Positions 1 through 14,233 of a DNA stretch of 64,000 bases are shown in pieces (positions within the stretch are counted from its first letter, which is position 1; each line of letters starts with the position of its first letter). Below the pieces are notes generated by a model. It had not been told where the DNA came from. It saw only the letters and a list, made by a program, of their open reading frames with translations, and made no database searches. The DNA is taken from the NCBI GenBank assembly GCA_051294905.1, contig CM119378.1, forward strand, positions 3,350,001 through 3,414,000, read 5' to 3'. The translations under genes were made by a program, and so were the position numbers. The DNA comes from Botryllus schlosseri (lineage: Eukaryota).

Positions 1-501
1 CAGCTGCAAGACTTATGCATACCTATCTGCGCTCGGCAAACTATAGGTACGAAATATCATGTTACAATTAACTAAGGAATCCTTGAATTAGTACTTGATA
101 TTCCACGTCACAATGAGTAGTCAATGAGTCAAAGTTTTGGAAAACACAAACTCTATATACCAATATATTGCAAGACGAGTTTTGCATTTCGTTATTTTTT
201 ACACAATGGTCGCGTTACGTTGGTGAGGTATTTGTGAAGGGAAGAAAATGAATAGTGTGTAAACAAGCAAGCAGACAGTCCCTATCTAATCAAAACACTG
301 AGTTTGTCAACGAATTAACATAGAATAATTACGGGAAGTCATTGCAATTGGGATATTTGAATTTCGAATAAATTTCATTTATTTGACCGACAATTGACAG
401 AAGTGTGTAATGCAAATAAATATCTTGGCTTCTTTATCACATCACTAGGCTAATTGCTTCCCTGCAGTGTGGAGTTACAGTGGTTCTGGAAAAGCAGTAT
501 A

Positions 502-620
502 CAGACTTGGACAACTAGATAATTCTAGTTGTCTAATTTCACTGAATTAGAGCGAAATGCCAGTAATCCAATTCTAATTTAATTTGGAAAAGCTGAAAAT
601 TTTCTAGTTGTACAAGTCTG
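502..620. mobile_element. 119-bp hAT-type MITE
   Basis: TIRs CAGACTTGGACAACTAGA/TCTAGTTGTACAAGTCTG and TSD GCAGTATA. The paralogous block near 11960 has an empty site. Confidence 0.85.
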
Positions 621-1075
621 GCAGTATATCGTATATCCCATTCTTCGATATACCGGTTCGAAATTTTTGACACGTATAATAGGTTATTTAGATACAATCT
701 GGAACATCAGTGAACATTCCTTCCAATAATACGACGTCAGTCAACTTATCATGATTTCTAAAAATATTTTCTCAAGTAATCAAACGCCTTTCTTGATGAC
801 TCCATAAAAGCTCGCCGAGAATTCCAGGTCAGAACCTTGCTAAAATATTCGACGCTGTATAGATATACTTTAGTTTATTTTCGAATCTTCAGTAGATCAG
901 TTGTTCCAGGTTTCACGTTCAGTACTACTCATTGGGTTATTTTTTCGAACCTTCGTTAAATAACTTAACCTAGACTTCAGATTCAGTTATTCATCAACTA
1001 CTTCAATCGCAGCAATTAGTCAGAATAACCAGTATAGTGCTATATCATTCATTGCTCTCTTCAAGTCTTCTTATT

Positions 1076-1343
1076 TGTATTGTATTGTATTGATAGGCAC
1101 AACACAGTGGGGCTTATCGCCTTTCTAGGCCTTGTGCCCCACGACATGAATTGCATAAAGTTCATTGGTCTTTGCTTTTATTGTCTTGTTGGGAACGTCT
1201 TTATCATTCTCTCTCGCAGCCATCTTCATTGTCTCTCACTCCCATGCGTCCCCATCGTGGTCTCTGCTGCCGACTTATAGCACGGCTCACTTTCAGTCTG
1301 GGCTTTTCAATGCACTACCGTAGTAATGAGGTCGGCGATGAGG
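1076..1343 (-). mobile_element. 5'-truncated SINE (family of 55565-55885)
   Basis: Shares the CTCCTCATCGCCGA...TTGAAAAGC core, has a (CAATA)n tail and a 12-bp TSD AGTCTTCTTATT (1064-1075/1344-1355). The paralogous site at ~12320 is empty. Confidence 0.8.
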
Positions 1344-2472
1344 AGTCTTCTTATTAATCGCTTTCGTCTCGATGTTGGATCATGCTGTAACTATAGATGC
1401 CTCTATATATGATCTATATCCGTTATTCCCAAACGGTGTACCGCCACTGATCCTACGGTGTGTTGTGGATCTTTATGGAGGTTTTGGATATAATTGCATA
1501 AATATTTAAAATAAGGTGTGGATTTATGAAACGAGCAGGTTTTTAAAGCGCTGCTCCCACCTAAATTGTATGGATTTTAACTATCATTTGTTTCCAATGC
1601 GTACTTCATGTGCAAAAGTAATCCGTGTTAAGTTGTCATTTACATCTTCATAGCTACTATGAACAGAACATGGCTTCTCTATTTCGACTGCTTACAATTA
1701 CCGACGAAATGCGGGTATGTTTGTAAACAATGCAACGTCGTTTCAGTCATAATGTTTGTTGAAACATGCACGCACGTCGCACTCATCTATGGCATTACGC
1801 GTGAAAAATATTTCACATGCAACGTAATTTAAGGGTGCCGCGAGAGTTGTCTATGTAGTTTTTCTATGGAGCCACATGCACTTTAACTTCGGGAACCACG
1901 GTTTTAATACTGTAATGTTGTTACTGCGGTACAATTGGGATCGATGCACTACATGATTGTATTCGTGCGTTGCTTCAGTAAGTAGGCGTACGCTGCCGGC
2001 GCTCAACGGACTACTTCCAGTCAGGTACATTTGTGTGTGCACTGTGCAGTTGGCTACCGGTACCAACCGTCTTCCAATAGTCGTTGTTATTTTTTGTTGT
2101 TGATTATATTATGTTTCTTTGGCGATTACAACACAAGTAGCCTATCCTTGTCGTAACTGAAGCAATTCCTTCATAATATGTGCTGACGACAATCTAAAAT
2201 TCCTTGCGTTTTTTCTCGAGCCATTTCAGGTGTTCTATAGTGACCCCCGAATCCAGCGATTGCTAGCAGTTTCGTCTTTCTATCCACCATTCAACAGGAA
2301 GCCTGTGAAACAACGCTAAACTACGACTATCCAACTGTGGAATCACGTGGTTCTCAGAATGTACTGTATTTACCGTTTGGAAATTCTGTTGCACGCAGTG
2401 TGGCGGGAAATCGTATGCGATTCAGTTCTGGGCTAAGAGCGTGGCTGAAGATAGATAGGTGCGCGTGAGTAT

Positions 2473-3135
2473 AAGGGCTCTTCAAAAATGACTTTTTTTC
2501 TCAAATCGTACTGGCTACTTGATAAAATTGTTAGGTTACCTAATTTAGGCCCACATACAAAATTTGGTTCAATTCCAGCCAGTAACCGCTTTGCTACAGG
2601 AGAAGAAAGTTTCTATTTATTATGTAACAATAAATGATGAAAAATTTGAAAATTTTCTGTTCACCCCATGAAAGTGTTAGGCTGTCTATAGAAACGATGC
2701 TCACCAAATTTGGTTGAATTATAACCAGTGGAAGCGGAGTTATTGCCGTCGAAAAATTTGGATTTGAATGAAATAGTATTTACGGTGACCGATTCTTTGT
2801 TTATTTATTATAGTTGTGCTCACCGTAAATACTATTTTATTCAAATCAAAATTTTTCGACGGCAATTACTCCGCTTCCACTGGTTGGAATTCAACCAAAT
2901 TTGCTAAGGATCGTTTCTATAGACAGCTTAACACTTTCATGGGGTGAACAGAAAATTTTCAAATTTTTTATTATTTATTTTTACATAATAAATAGAAACT
3001 TTCTTCTCCTGTAGCAAAGCGGTTACTGGCTGGAATTGAACCAAATTTTGTGTGTAGGCTTAAATTAGGTAACCTAACAATTTTATCAAGTAGCCAGTAC
3101 GATTTGAGTAAAAAAGTAATTTTTGAAGAGCCCTA
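2473..3135. mobile_element. Foldback (almost fully palindromic) hAT-type MITE, 663 bp
   Basis: ~315-bp inverted arms around a ~35-bp spacer. Termini (t>a)AGGGCTC...GAGCCCTA, with a perfect 8-bp TSD GTGAGTAT (2465-2472/3136-3143). Confidence 0.92.
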
Positions 3136-4922
3136 GTGAGTATATCTCTATGTTTGAAGTAAAGTCCAAGATCGTTGGAATCAGTAACATGAAGTAGAAG
3201 TGGTTATAGGCAGTTATAACGTCAAGTGTGTGGATGTAGCAAGGCTGGTTTGAGTATGTACCGTTTGGGTTTGTCGTCTGTTTCCATTTGAGTTCGTGTA
3301 CGTCGCCGTTTATAGTTTATTCCGTCATATATGAATATAATCCTCATATACCCACCACTTGCGCGTTACGTGTTTGTTGGTTGAATCATTCTTGTCGACG
3401 GCAATTGCGGAATGACGAGATCCTGAGCCCAGGAATAAACACAGCGCTCCCATTAGGTCTTCGTTGGCTTAGTCGGGGACGCTACACAACTATTGTAGCT
3501 GACTCATTGGAGCTCTTCGTGTAGTAAACGACACTAACATAGTGGATTAAAAAAATAGATACTCGTTCTTTGTTTCAGTTAGCATGCACAAATCCCATGC
3601 ATCCATAGAATATAACCAACGCCAAAACAAACAAAGACATGAGCTGATATTACTATGCGAGGCTGCAATGTATAGTTCACACTGTCGACTGTCGAAAATT
3701 GGTGAAAAGTGGGTCGTGAACTGAAAATGGCTGGCGAAGCTCTGCCTTAGAGCACGAAGTTAATATTTTTACATATTGGAGTTGTTCTTCGGAGGTCCAA
3801 TGTTATTCCTTGCCATGGTCTCTGCTATCGGGGGAGATAGCGTAGTGGTGTGCGTCGGCGCGGGTTCGATTTACGCTGTTGGAGGTTATGCTGGACTCCT
3901 CGTCCCTGTGTCGCCGTTCTTACGGTGACAGAAAATCCCACAAAAGGACCCGATAATGAAGGAGAAAGAGCAAGAAATAGCTGATAAAAAGGACCGACGA
4001 AGAAAGAAAATCATCGAGGAAGACTGTGACATCGGGCACTCGGTCGAGGTGGACGTCAGTTCAAGAGACCCCAACTAGCTGGTATAGTTCGGCATCCCCC
4101 TATGCATATGAATAGTGAGTACCAGAGATATCTAGAATATCTAGTGAATTACATATCGGCGATGTTTTTGACCAATATGCGGCGGTCAGCACACTTCGCG
4201 AAGTTGCATGTTGGACGACACTTTAACTCCATATGTTTCGGTGTGTTGTGGCGCGATAATGATTTGCGCTGAAATGCCTATTTCTACTAATTATGCGTAT
4301 TTCTGGCATGGGAGTAACCACATTAAAATCGGAGAGGAAATGTATTATTTGAATAATTCTCCAAATATACTCTATCATTCATGTCGATTGAGAAATAATT
4401 TCTGACCCCCTTCGGGCTTCGGTCAGGTGCCGGTACCTATCATTTTTCAGTCGTCGTTGTCACATCGTTCGTTGAGCGCCAGTACCGTGCGGCTAGTTAC
4501 CAAAACTAAGCAACACTGCTTCGTATAACACAATTCTCACATAAAATAGGCTGACGACAAGCTAAAATTCCCTCTCTGTCCATTCTAGCGATATTTCAAG
4601 TGTTTTATAGTGTCTCACGCAAGAACCAATAGCTAGCAATTTCGCAAGTACAGCATCGCTAAACTATACGACTATTCAGTATTCAACTGTCTAATTTTGC
4701 GAACGCCTCGTGTAGTGAACACGCTGGCATTGCATATTCAAGAAACAGACGATTGTCCTTTATAATTTCAATTATATGCAGAAATCCAGGTCTCCATATA
4801 GAACATAACCATGCTTATTATGAGTTTTGAACACATTCTATATAGGTCGTTACAACGACAATCATAGGCTATATTCATAACGACCAAAAATATAAGCTGG
4901 TGTTTCATCGCGAAATTGACAT

Positions 4923-7900
4923 CTACATTTCGCACGGGTTGCCGCAGACTACGTCTGTGATGCTGAACGCAAAGGTGGCGTCCAGGGATCTGAAACCATC
5001 TGCGATCATTACGCGTCTTTCGTCACCGGCAATTTCAAAGACCTGAGTTTGATCGAGCTTTCCTTTGCGTGGATTGATACCTATGGCATAGGTCTGCAAA
5101 GAAGCGTACGGGGGGTAAGACGCTGTGAGAAGCGGGATTTCTTTACGGACGCGCCTGGATTGGCTTGGAAACTACGATGATCACAAAAATATCTGGAGTG
5201 AAATTACTAAACAGTGTAATACAACCTAATATTGATAATGGATACCAATATCACAGGGATATTGCGAGATAACCCCAATCCGCTTACAGTGACTCCTCTT
5301 CGTCTGAGAGCCTGTGACGGCTTAAAGACTTCATCCTTGGACTTCCCGTCTGTGAGCACGATCAACAGATTCGGGGCATCTGGACGGTCGCCATTTTCTG
5401 GGGTCATGAGAACGTCGCCGGCGTATGATATGGCTTGACCGGTCTTTGTTCCTATAACGCAACAACGGCATAATTATAATATATATTTTCGACGGCATAA
5501 TTTGATGCAGTTTATGAGAAAGTTTCATGTCCACAGAACACTCTCGACCCTAGTAATAAAGAAGTTACGTCGACTTACGTCGAATTTTATCCATCAGTGG
5601 TAGCCTTTCTTCAAACATTTGAGTTGGCATGTAAATAATATATCAAAAGATTTGAACAACGTAAATCAGGAGAACATAGTACATATACAAGTGTATAATA
5701 CAACCAAAGGTGGTCAAAGTAGACAAGAAAGCTACTCAAGTAGATGTAGAAGTAGAATTGACTGACTTTAAATCTACTCAAGTAAGTAACTATTTTGTAA
5801 TCAGTCTAACTTCGTTCGGCCGGACTGTCACAAGCTGCAAACTGAGCTATGCGGAATGTGCAGAGAGCTTGATTCGTATTGATGCATCCCAGGAGGTATC
5901 AATTTTCGACAAAATAAGCATTTTTTCGCATCATGGGATGCAAATTATAGTATTGGCATGAAAATGCGATACTAACCCTTTGTTTACTAGAAGACCCCAT
6001 ATTAGAGAATATCATGGCATGGCGCCCTTCCCCATATTATAAGGCCCCAAGTTTAGGCGAAGAGCAATACGGAAAAGTTGCATCGGATATGGTTTCAACA
6101 CTTTGCGCGATTAGTATACATTGGTAACAAATATTGTGGATCGTAAAATTTGTATTTAGCTTGGCTTTATTTTCGGACAATAGAGGCATTACCACACTAG
6201 CTTTCATGCTTCAACATGTATGTTCTGCAGACGAAAGAACTGAATGTAATTAGAACTCAAAGTATGATTACTCGGAATTGAAAGTGAAAAACAAATACCA
6301 CTTCTAAAAAGCGGAAAATGTATTTCATGTCTTTTGTCCATAAAGCTTCAAAGGTGATCTGCTAAAACAGGTGTAACGTTAAAAAAAGCCGGATTTTCCA
6401 GATTAGCAGGACACGTCATGGGCTGCTAGATTACGATATGATGGGTAATTGCTAGATGGCGAAACGATAGTTTCAAACGTTGGTGGGCCATATTTACTAT
6501 GATGAAATATTTGATATGGGCGCCAATGCGGTGTGAGCGGAACCAAGCAATCCAGTACCTAAATTATATTCACTGATACTTTCGTGGAAACATAATTGTC
6601 ACTCCAAGACTACTGTGCGCGAAGCGCAACAAAATTTCTGGGCTTTACTGGACTCTCATGTATATTAAATGTGTGTACTCCATGAAAACAGCCCCGAAAT
6701 TCCTCAGGCTATCTTCCGTATTGGGGATTAAACTACTTCTACTTGACAAACTGAAAATAGCGAAAAGTAAGTAAGTAGATCACAAAATATTGCGAAGTAG
6801 AAGTAGAAGTAGATAAAATCAGATCTGCTTGAGTAAGTACCAAAAGTAGAGGAAAACTACTTGAGTACTTCAAAAAAGTAGAAGTACTTCGTTACTGACC
6901 ACCTCTGAATAGAACACGCCATCTTACCACTTCCGACGTAAGGTAATTTATCAAACGCGTTTATAAGGCCCATTTTGTTATCGGGGAAATCGTTCAACAT
7001 AATTTGATTGACTTTGTCGACGACTCTGTTGTAACGAATGACGGCGAAGCGACCGGTATCTTCGGAAATTGAGAAAGATCTGCAAAAGGTCGATTTATGA
7101 GTTTAGTATGGGTGATCAGGGGTGGGCAATTATCTTTCCCGTCGGGCCAAATATGTAGATGAAACTACGTTCGTGGGCCGAGACAAAAGTTTAGATGATA
7201 TATTCAGCGGCGTACAATTTCATTTCTAAATTAAAAGCAGTGAATTACATTGTAAACACGTGTTGCTAAAATGCTAAGTGGATGCGTTAATATTAAGCTG
7301 CGTTCCTTACTCCGTCTAAAGCCTTGCTGTTTTGGTAGTTTTGCTAGCAGGTCCCCGTCGACCGAGTGTATGTATTCACTGCATGATTGTTCTCTTAATG
7401 CCGACTGAAATTATATTCCTTAAACACGGAGACCTTCTCGTGTCCACCATAAACTAAAAAGACTGTTTCAAGGCTGACTTCAGTAAACGAATATTTAGTG
7501 GTCAAAAGATCTTGTTGAAATGTAGGGCTTCAGTCGCATCTTTCGTTGCTTGACATAACATCGTTTAAGAGTGACGGCCGCTATGCACTATGATTATAAT
7601 GATTTTACAAATTAGGTTTTGGAAACGTATGACGCAACAGTTTAAAGCACAGCTCTGGCAGCAAACAAGATTTAAATTTGAATATGGAGATAGTGACTTG
7701 GTACCTAATTGTTACGTAGGTTACGCATTCACGGTACATAAACAAACTTGACTTCAAAGTAAACGCATTTTCGGATCAGTTTAAACGGTAGTTTTTGTCT
7801 ACACATTAACAGCAATAAAAAGATTTTATAGTCTAAATTCCATGGAACTTTTCGCGGGCCGTTTAGAATCGCGTAGCGGACCGCACAATGCCCAGGTCTG

Positions 7901-9057
7901 GGTTTTATAGTTTAGTATTAAATCGTGTCTTTTAGCACATCTTAGAAATACAAATAGTGATGAAAAGCTAGACATGCCTGACTCGGGTATGGGCAATAGC
8001 CATATAATATCGTACGATGCAGGACTATATCGACGAGGGGATATTTAAAATGCGGGTCTGCGGTAAAATGAAGAGAATACCATGTATGATGTAGTGACGG
8101 TGAAGACATACATTTTGACAAGGATCTTATACATAGGAGAATGATCCGCTGTTGCAACTCATTTGGAGATGCCGAAACATACGGGAAAATGTATGTCTTA
8201 CGTTCTCATTATAGCGCGACGCAATTTATCCTCTCGACAAGTACACGCGGCCAACAGCACGCATGTGGATACTTACGCAATGATGTTGCGGATAAACCGT
8301 GTGACCATCTGCCAATTTTTAGCACCCATTGATGACGACGAATCCAGCACTACGACGACATCCATTTTAGCGTACGGCGGGCAAGGTCCTGCGCAATATT
8401 AGCGTGTCATTCTCTCTCAATCTAGTGACTGAGTCGCCCGCTTACGAGTGCAGCATGGCGCTGGGTGACTCCACTCTTTAGATGCCTGACACTTATTTGC
8501 GGTAAAACCGTATAGAGAATAGCCTGGCTCGGTGCAAGTGAACGTACACAGGGAGTTAACGTAGTTGGATCCGGTGCAGGACACCTCACCGTGTCGTATA
8601 GTTTCTCTCGGCGACTGGCAAAGATCCGCTGCAAGCGTGAAACGGAAACATGAAAAATTTCTGCGCGTTACAGCTATAGCCTGTATTGCGTTCTCATGTT
8701 GGAGATATGTGCGGGATCACCTGGACGTTGCTTGTAAAGTGGATTCAGGTATACATAATTAACTGATTAGATCATATATCGGGCTTTTATATTTCATGCT
8801 AACCCGAATACATTATTTTAACATACGGATTGCTGGATACAAATATTTTGACTTACGAAAACACTTAAATTCCGCAGCGGGAGACCACGTTCCGTCAAAT
8901 GCGCATGCCGTCTCTATGTAATTATCTGTAGTTCCGGCCAGATCTGAGTACGCCTGGCAGGATAAGTTGCACTTGCTGCCAATGTTGTTTTCGTTCGAGC
9001 ATGACACCACTCCCCAGTCTGGCGTTGTTATAGTGGGACAAATTGACACGCTTCCGG
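4923..9057 (-). CDS. CCP(sushi)-CCP-vWA protein, cassette A (3' part, 5' end not found); complement join(8857-9057,8446-8628,8277-8388,6928-7079,5288-5451,4923-5093)
   Basis: Six exons with canonical splice sites and compatible phases. CCP1 ([28 protein letters not shown]...CAFDGTWS...C), CCP2 (CQSP...[25 protein letters not shown]...[14 protein letters not shown]), then vWA with a full MIDAS ([23 protein letters not shown]), ending CGNPCEM* (TAG at 4923-4925). Confidence 0.85.
5705..6907. mobile_element. hAT-type MITE in a cassette A intron
   Basis: CA(A/G)AGGTGGTCA TIRs, AAGTAG subterminal repeats, TSD AATACAAC/AATAGAAC. Empty site in cassettes B and C. Confidence 0.8.
7117..7900. mobile_element. 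Charlie-like MITE
   Basis: CAGGGGTGGGCAA...TGCCCAGGTCTG with GGGCC subterminal motifs; absent from paralogous introns; TSD degraded. Confidence 0.65.
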
Positions 9058-9267
9058 CTAAAAATAATCAGGCTCAACCCGTGCTCGTGTAAGGAAGGGT
9101 AACATTGAAAAAATATTACGGATGAATTGGGTAACCGGACCCCGACCTGACCTATCGATATTGCTTTGCGTGACACGCCACCTCATTTTTGTCGCTTGCT
9201 TTTTTTTTATATTATCTTCTTTTACTTTTCATTCAGTCTGCATACCTCCTCTTTACATCGTCTAGGC

Positions 9268-11339
9268 CAGGGGTTCTCAAAGGGTGGGCCATGGCCCACT
9301 GGTGGGCCACAGAGCATTTTGAGGTGGGCCACAGAGCTATTTAGAAAATTTCAGAATTAATGTAAGTTTAGTTATATTTCTTATGCTATTCGCTAAAAAT
9401 ATATTCGTATTATCTAATTATGCGTGGGCTACATAGCTACAAAGCTTTTCATCCGACCCTGATTAGTCATAGTGGCACGTATGAAGTCAGCATGTACAAA
9501 TCGAAAACATTATGAGAGAGAGAGAGAGAGAGTCTTTATTTTCATCCAACCAAAATACATAACACACGGCAGTGATGGTGGTACAGAAAATATGCTTGCA
9601 CAGTATTCGGTATTAAATAGGAATGATCGATAAGACCGTGAAGGTCATCTAGTCTGATCACACCAGCATCAAACAGGTACACTTGACTCTAAGCAGTCTG
9701 GCTGTAAAAAAGGTTACAGTAGTTAAAAAAATAAAATAGAAGAAAAATTAAACGATGGTAGCAAATGATCAATGAAGCAATGTCTGGGCGAGGTAGGGCA
9801 ACAGTGTTAGTGTAACGACAAGAGGTGATCAAGTAGGGCTTTTTTGAATCTATTATAAGGCAATTCACGGATGTGTGGTGGTAATGCATTCCAGATGATA
9901 GGTCCCGAGTAGTCGATAGATCTCTTAGTTAGGTTGCTATTGGGTGGGGGTAAGTAGATATTTCCTTTAGACGAGGATCTCGTGTAGTGGGAGTGGACAT
10001 TTTTGGCAGGTATGAAAAAGTCATCAAACACAGGAGGCAAACTATTGGAAAAATATTTGTGAATGACTTTTGATACTTCGAAGCGATATAGTTTGTCAAC
10101 TTGCAAAATTCGGTGCTTACGGTAGTAAGGCGATAGTTTGGTACGTAAAGGTACAGATGAGATCAGCCGTATCGCACGGTTTTGCAGGGTTCGAATTCTG
10201 CACAAAAATGTTGTGCATGCACTTCCCCATACTACGATTCCATATTGCAGGTGAGAGTGGAAAAGAGAGAAATAGATGGTTCGTAGTACTGATCTGGAAA
10301 CCAAAGATTGCAGACGGGTCATTATTCCCACACACCGGAGAAACGGTGGCTTTTTCTACTGGCTATGACAACCTACGGCTAACAGCAACTAAAATAATTT
10401 CAAGCGTATAATAACTGGAAGCTAATGCTGAAGTAACCAAGTATTCCGGTAGTGTCATATGCCGTATGCCGTTGAAAGGGGTATGCAATGAACTCGCAAT
10501 GAAGTGAAATTGATGTACAGAGTTACTGTACTTCGGCCGGCCGTATTATTGTAAGCTAAAAATTTTCATAATTGCAAATTATTAGCAACTTCTGACGAAT
10601 GTATACTGCACCACCTCAACAAATCTTAATGGATTGAGGATTTATCGGAGCGCATTAATCTTTGAAGTCGGTTTAAAATGTCCGGCCTGGAAACCATTGT
10701 ACATCATGAAAAAGTCACAGGAATGGATTGTATAATTGGATTGAATATTCTGACATCGCAACTTCAGTTGTTTTGGTACAAGACATACAAGCATTACAAA
10801 GTAGGCTACATCATGCATATTGAAAAATCTTTCTTCACTTCTCTGTAGTACCCCATCCACCAATGAATTGTTCGATTCTGGCCCAGAATGACTATAATAT
10901 TCCCCATAATAGTATCACTAAAGCCCCAATCACACAGTGTGGGGATCTGATCATTGTGTTTCGCGACGCGAATGGAGCAGCGGACGAAAATAATCTACTT
11001 AGGAGTTTTAGCTTATGATCTACCAGGGCCGTAACTACCGCACCCACACCCCCAATTGGGGAACTCGAAGGCGCCCAAGATTATGTCGTTGGTCGTTTGT
11101 TGGAGGATATTTATTCAACTTGAAATTTTTTTCGCGCTTCGCGCGATTTCATATCCCGGGGATCGACATTTAAATATCATCAGTTACAGAAAAATGGGCA
11201 TATTTTAGAGAAATGGGCTTATCGGCGCTGTCCATGACCACGCATTAGACAGAATTATGACTATAAGATATCAGGTGGGCCACAGCACATTTTCAAACCG
11301 GAAAATGGGCCACGGCCAAGAAAGGGCTGAGAACCCCTG
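9268..11339. mobile_element. Non-autonomous hAT-Charlie element with a nested LINE fragment
   Basis: TIRs CAGGGGTTCTCA/TGAGAACCCCTG, TGGGCCAC subterminal repeats and a perfect TSD GTCTAGGC (9260-9267/11340-11347). Confidence 0.9.
9513..10340 (-). mobile_element. CR1/L2-group LINE 3' end (ORF2 C-terminus, 3' UTR, (CT)n tail)
   Basis: ORF 9807-10331 reads IYFSLFHSHLQYGIVVWG...LQNRAIRLI...HSHYTR...YSGPIIWNALP...FKKAL, followed by AATAAA and (CT)n. Confidence 0.88.
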
Positions 11340-12830
11340 GTCTAGGCCAAAAGATGGGTGTCTGATTTCAAAGACTACTCCAACTCCAAATTGTTTCGAC
11401 ATCTTTCTCTCTTTTCATTGTATCGCAATTTGTGTGGCGTATTGAACTGATGAAAATTGCTAATAAACCGAACCGAAAGTATTTCTTATTTGCCACGAGA
11501 TCAAACTCGGCATACGACATCTATGATAATTAGTTTGTGGTGGAATCATTTGTATAAGCGCTATAAATTGATTTTGATAAGTAATATTTAAAAATATAGG
11601 AATTAAGGTAGCCTAGAATTATTTCTAGATATTCCTATTTATACGGCGAGGGATCAAAGACAAAAATTTTCGACAACCAAAAACTTTGGATAAGCTTTGA
11701 AAAAAATTCTAGAATGTCCACGACTTATTACATTCATCTCAACTTATTCGACCTGTAGGCCTAACTATGCATATTCATACCATTATTTGGCGAGATGAGT
11801 TTTGCATTTTGTTATTTTTGAGACATTAGTCGCTTTGCCTTAGTGACACATTGCTGAAGATGACGACAGAAGTGCATAGAAGTGTATAATGCAGACATAC
11901 TAGTATGCCTTCTTTATCGCATAGTAATTGCTTGCAATGTGCGGTGACAGTGGTATAGAAAAATCAGTGTACCGTATATCACATTCTCCAATATACTCGT
12001 TCGAAATTCTTTACACATATATAGGCCATTCCAATATAATATCCTTGCAATAATAAAGACGCCCAACTTATGATTTCTAATAACATTAACCCAAGTAATC
12101 ACCACCCTTCTTGATGACTCCGTGATAATTCCCCGAACATTTCAGGTCGAATCAACCTCGATGAATACTTGACGCTCGTTAAGTTATTTTTCGAACCTTT
12201 CATAAATAATTTGACCCAGATTTCAGATTCAGTACTACTACAACAACTACTTCAAGCGCAGCAACCAGTCACAATAACTAGTATAGTGCTATATCATTCA
12301 TTGCAGTTTTCAAGCCTTTCTATTTATCGATTTCGTCTCGATATTGTTCAGCCTCCATACCAGTAATTTACGAACAGTTTGCCGCGAATCGTTGTGGAAT
12401 TCTAGATAAAAACGTATAAATATTTGAATGAAAAAGGCAGTGATTTACGAAACGAACAACCTTTTGCAGGGCTGCTTTCATAAAAACTTCTATGGATTTT
12501 GACTGTCATATTTTTCACATCCCATTTCATGTGCAAAATTAATTTGTAATATATTGACATTTGCATCTTCACGGCTATGTGAGCATAGCTGTTTTGACTG
12601 CAGGGAATTGACTACCAAATGTGGGTATGTTTGTAAACGATGCACGCTCGTTTCAGTTATAATGCTCTTCCAAGAGATATCTAGATATTCCCGGTTAGAA
12701 TGAACAAGCCCACATATATCGTATTAACATGTTGATATATTTTTTATCGCAGTCTTTCTTCTCATGTAAAAGTAAAGTGTTCTATTTTTTGGTGCGTCAC
12801 AAGTGGAAATAATTTGGGAACCAATGCTAT

Positions 12831-14233
12831 TTACTGAAACGTTGCTATTGCAATGTAACCTATAGATCGAGGCACTACATTGCATTTGTGCGCTGCCTCA
12901 GCAAATAGGCGTACAGTACCGGCGGGCGGGTCGCGGCAGACTATGTCTGTAATGCTGAGGGCAAAGTTGGCGTCCAGGGATCCCAAGCTGTCGGAAATCA
13001 CGACACGTCTTGCATCTCCGGCAATTTTAAACAGCTGAGTTTGATCGAGGTTTCCTCTCGGTGGATTGATACCTATGGCGAAGGTCTGGAAAGAAGTGTA
13101 TAGGCGGTTATAGCAATAGACATTCCGAGAAGCGCTTTTATTGGATTCGGAAAATACTAACAATAAGACTCCTAGCAGATGCGCCCGGATTTGCCTGGAA
13201 ACATGATCCTAATAATCTTTGAAGTGAAATTACCGAGCAATATATTTCTACACATAGGCCTAATATTGATAATGGATACCATCACCACACAGTTATGGTG
13301 AGAAATACCCAATCCACTTACAATGACTCCTCTTCGCCTGAGAGCCTGTGACGGTCCAAAGACATCATCCTGGGAATTTCCATCTGTGACCACAATTAAC
13401 AGATTCGGGGCATCTGGACGATCACCATTTTCTGGCGTCATGAGAACGTCGCCGGCGTATGAGATGGCTTGACCGGTTTTAGCTCCTATAACGCAACAAC
13501 GGGTTGATTGTAATAAATTTTCGACGATATAAGTTGATGCAGTTTATGAGATAGTTTCATGTCGACAGGACACTCTAGTCCCGACAAGACCTTAGCAATC
13601 TATTTCTGCGAAATTCTATCGGCCTTTTTCCAAAAGATTTTAGTTGACATTGAATAAATATATCTAAAAATTTGAACATATTAAATCAGAAGAACATAGT
13701 ACATACAAGACTACAATGAAACACTTCATCTTACCTCTTCCACCGAACGGCAATCTACCGAATGCCATCAGAAGGCCGCCTTTGTCGTCGGGGAAATCGT
13801 TCAACAGAATTTGATTTACTTTGTCGACGTCTTTGCTGTAACGGATGACGGCGAAGCGACTGGCATGTTCGGAAATTGAGAAAGATCTGTAAAAGGTCGA
13901 TTTGTGATTGTTAGTATAGGTTTTTATTAAGGTATAAGCAGGTATAAGCATATGATGGGCTATGGGCACGTAAGATCGAAGGATGGGGGGGATATATCGA
14001 CGAGAAGATATATAAAATGCACATAAAGAATAATATATGACTTTCATTCCAATATCAGTTAACGCAATTTATTCTCTCGACAATTACGTCCGATCAACAA
14101 CACACAATTTGAAACTTATACAACATAATGCCGCTGATGAACCGTGTGACAATCCTCCAATTTGCAGCACCCAATGATGACGACGAATCCAGCACAATAA
14201 CGGCGTCCATCTTCGCGAAAGGCGGACAAGGTC
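12831..14233 (-). CDS. vWA cassette B (rearranged paralog, possibly a pseudogene); complement join(14122-14233,13735-13886,13322-13485,12831-13085)
   Basis: First three exon lengths (112/152/164) match cassette A and the frame is open ([40 protein letters not shown]). The last exon diverges after CRDP. No adjacent CCP2 exon was found, and the exon-1 donor is weak (GTATAA). Confidence 0.7.

Noticed and set aside
3780..4080. Purine-rich, coding-looking stretch (KEKEQEIADKKDRRRKK)
   Set aside because: Short, interrupted by stops and not assignable.
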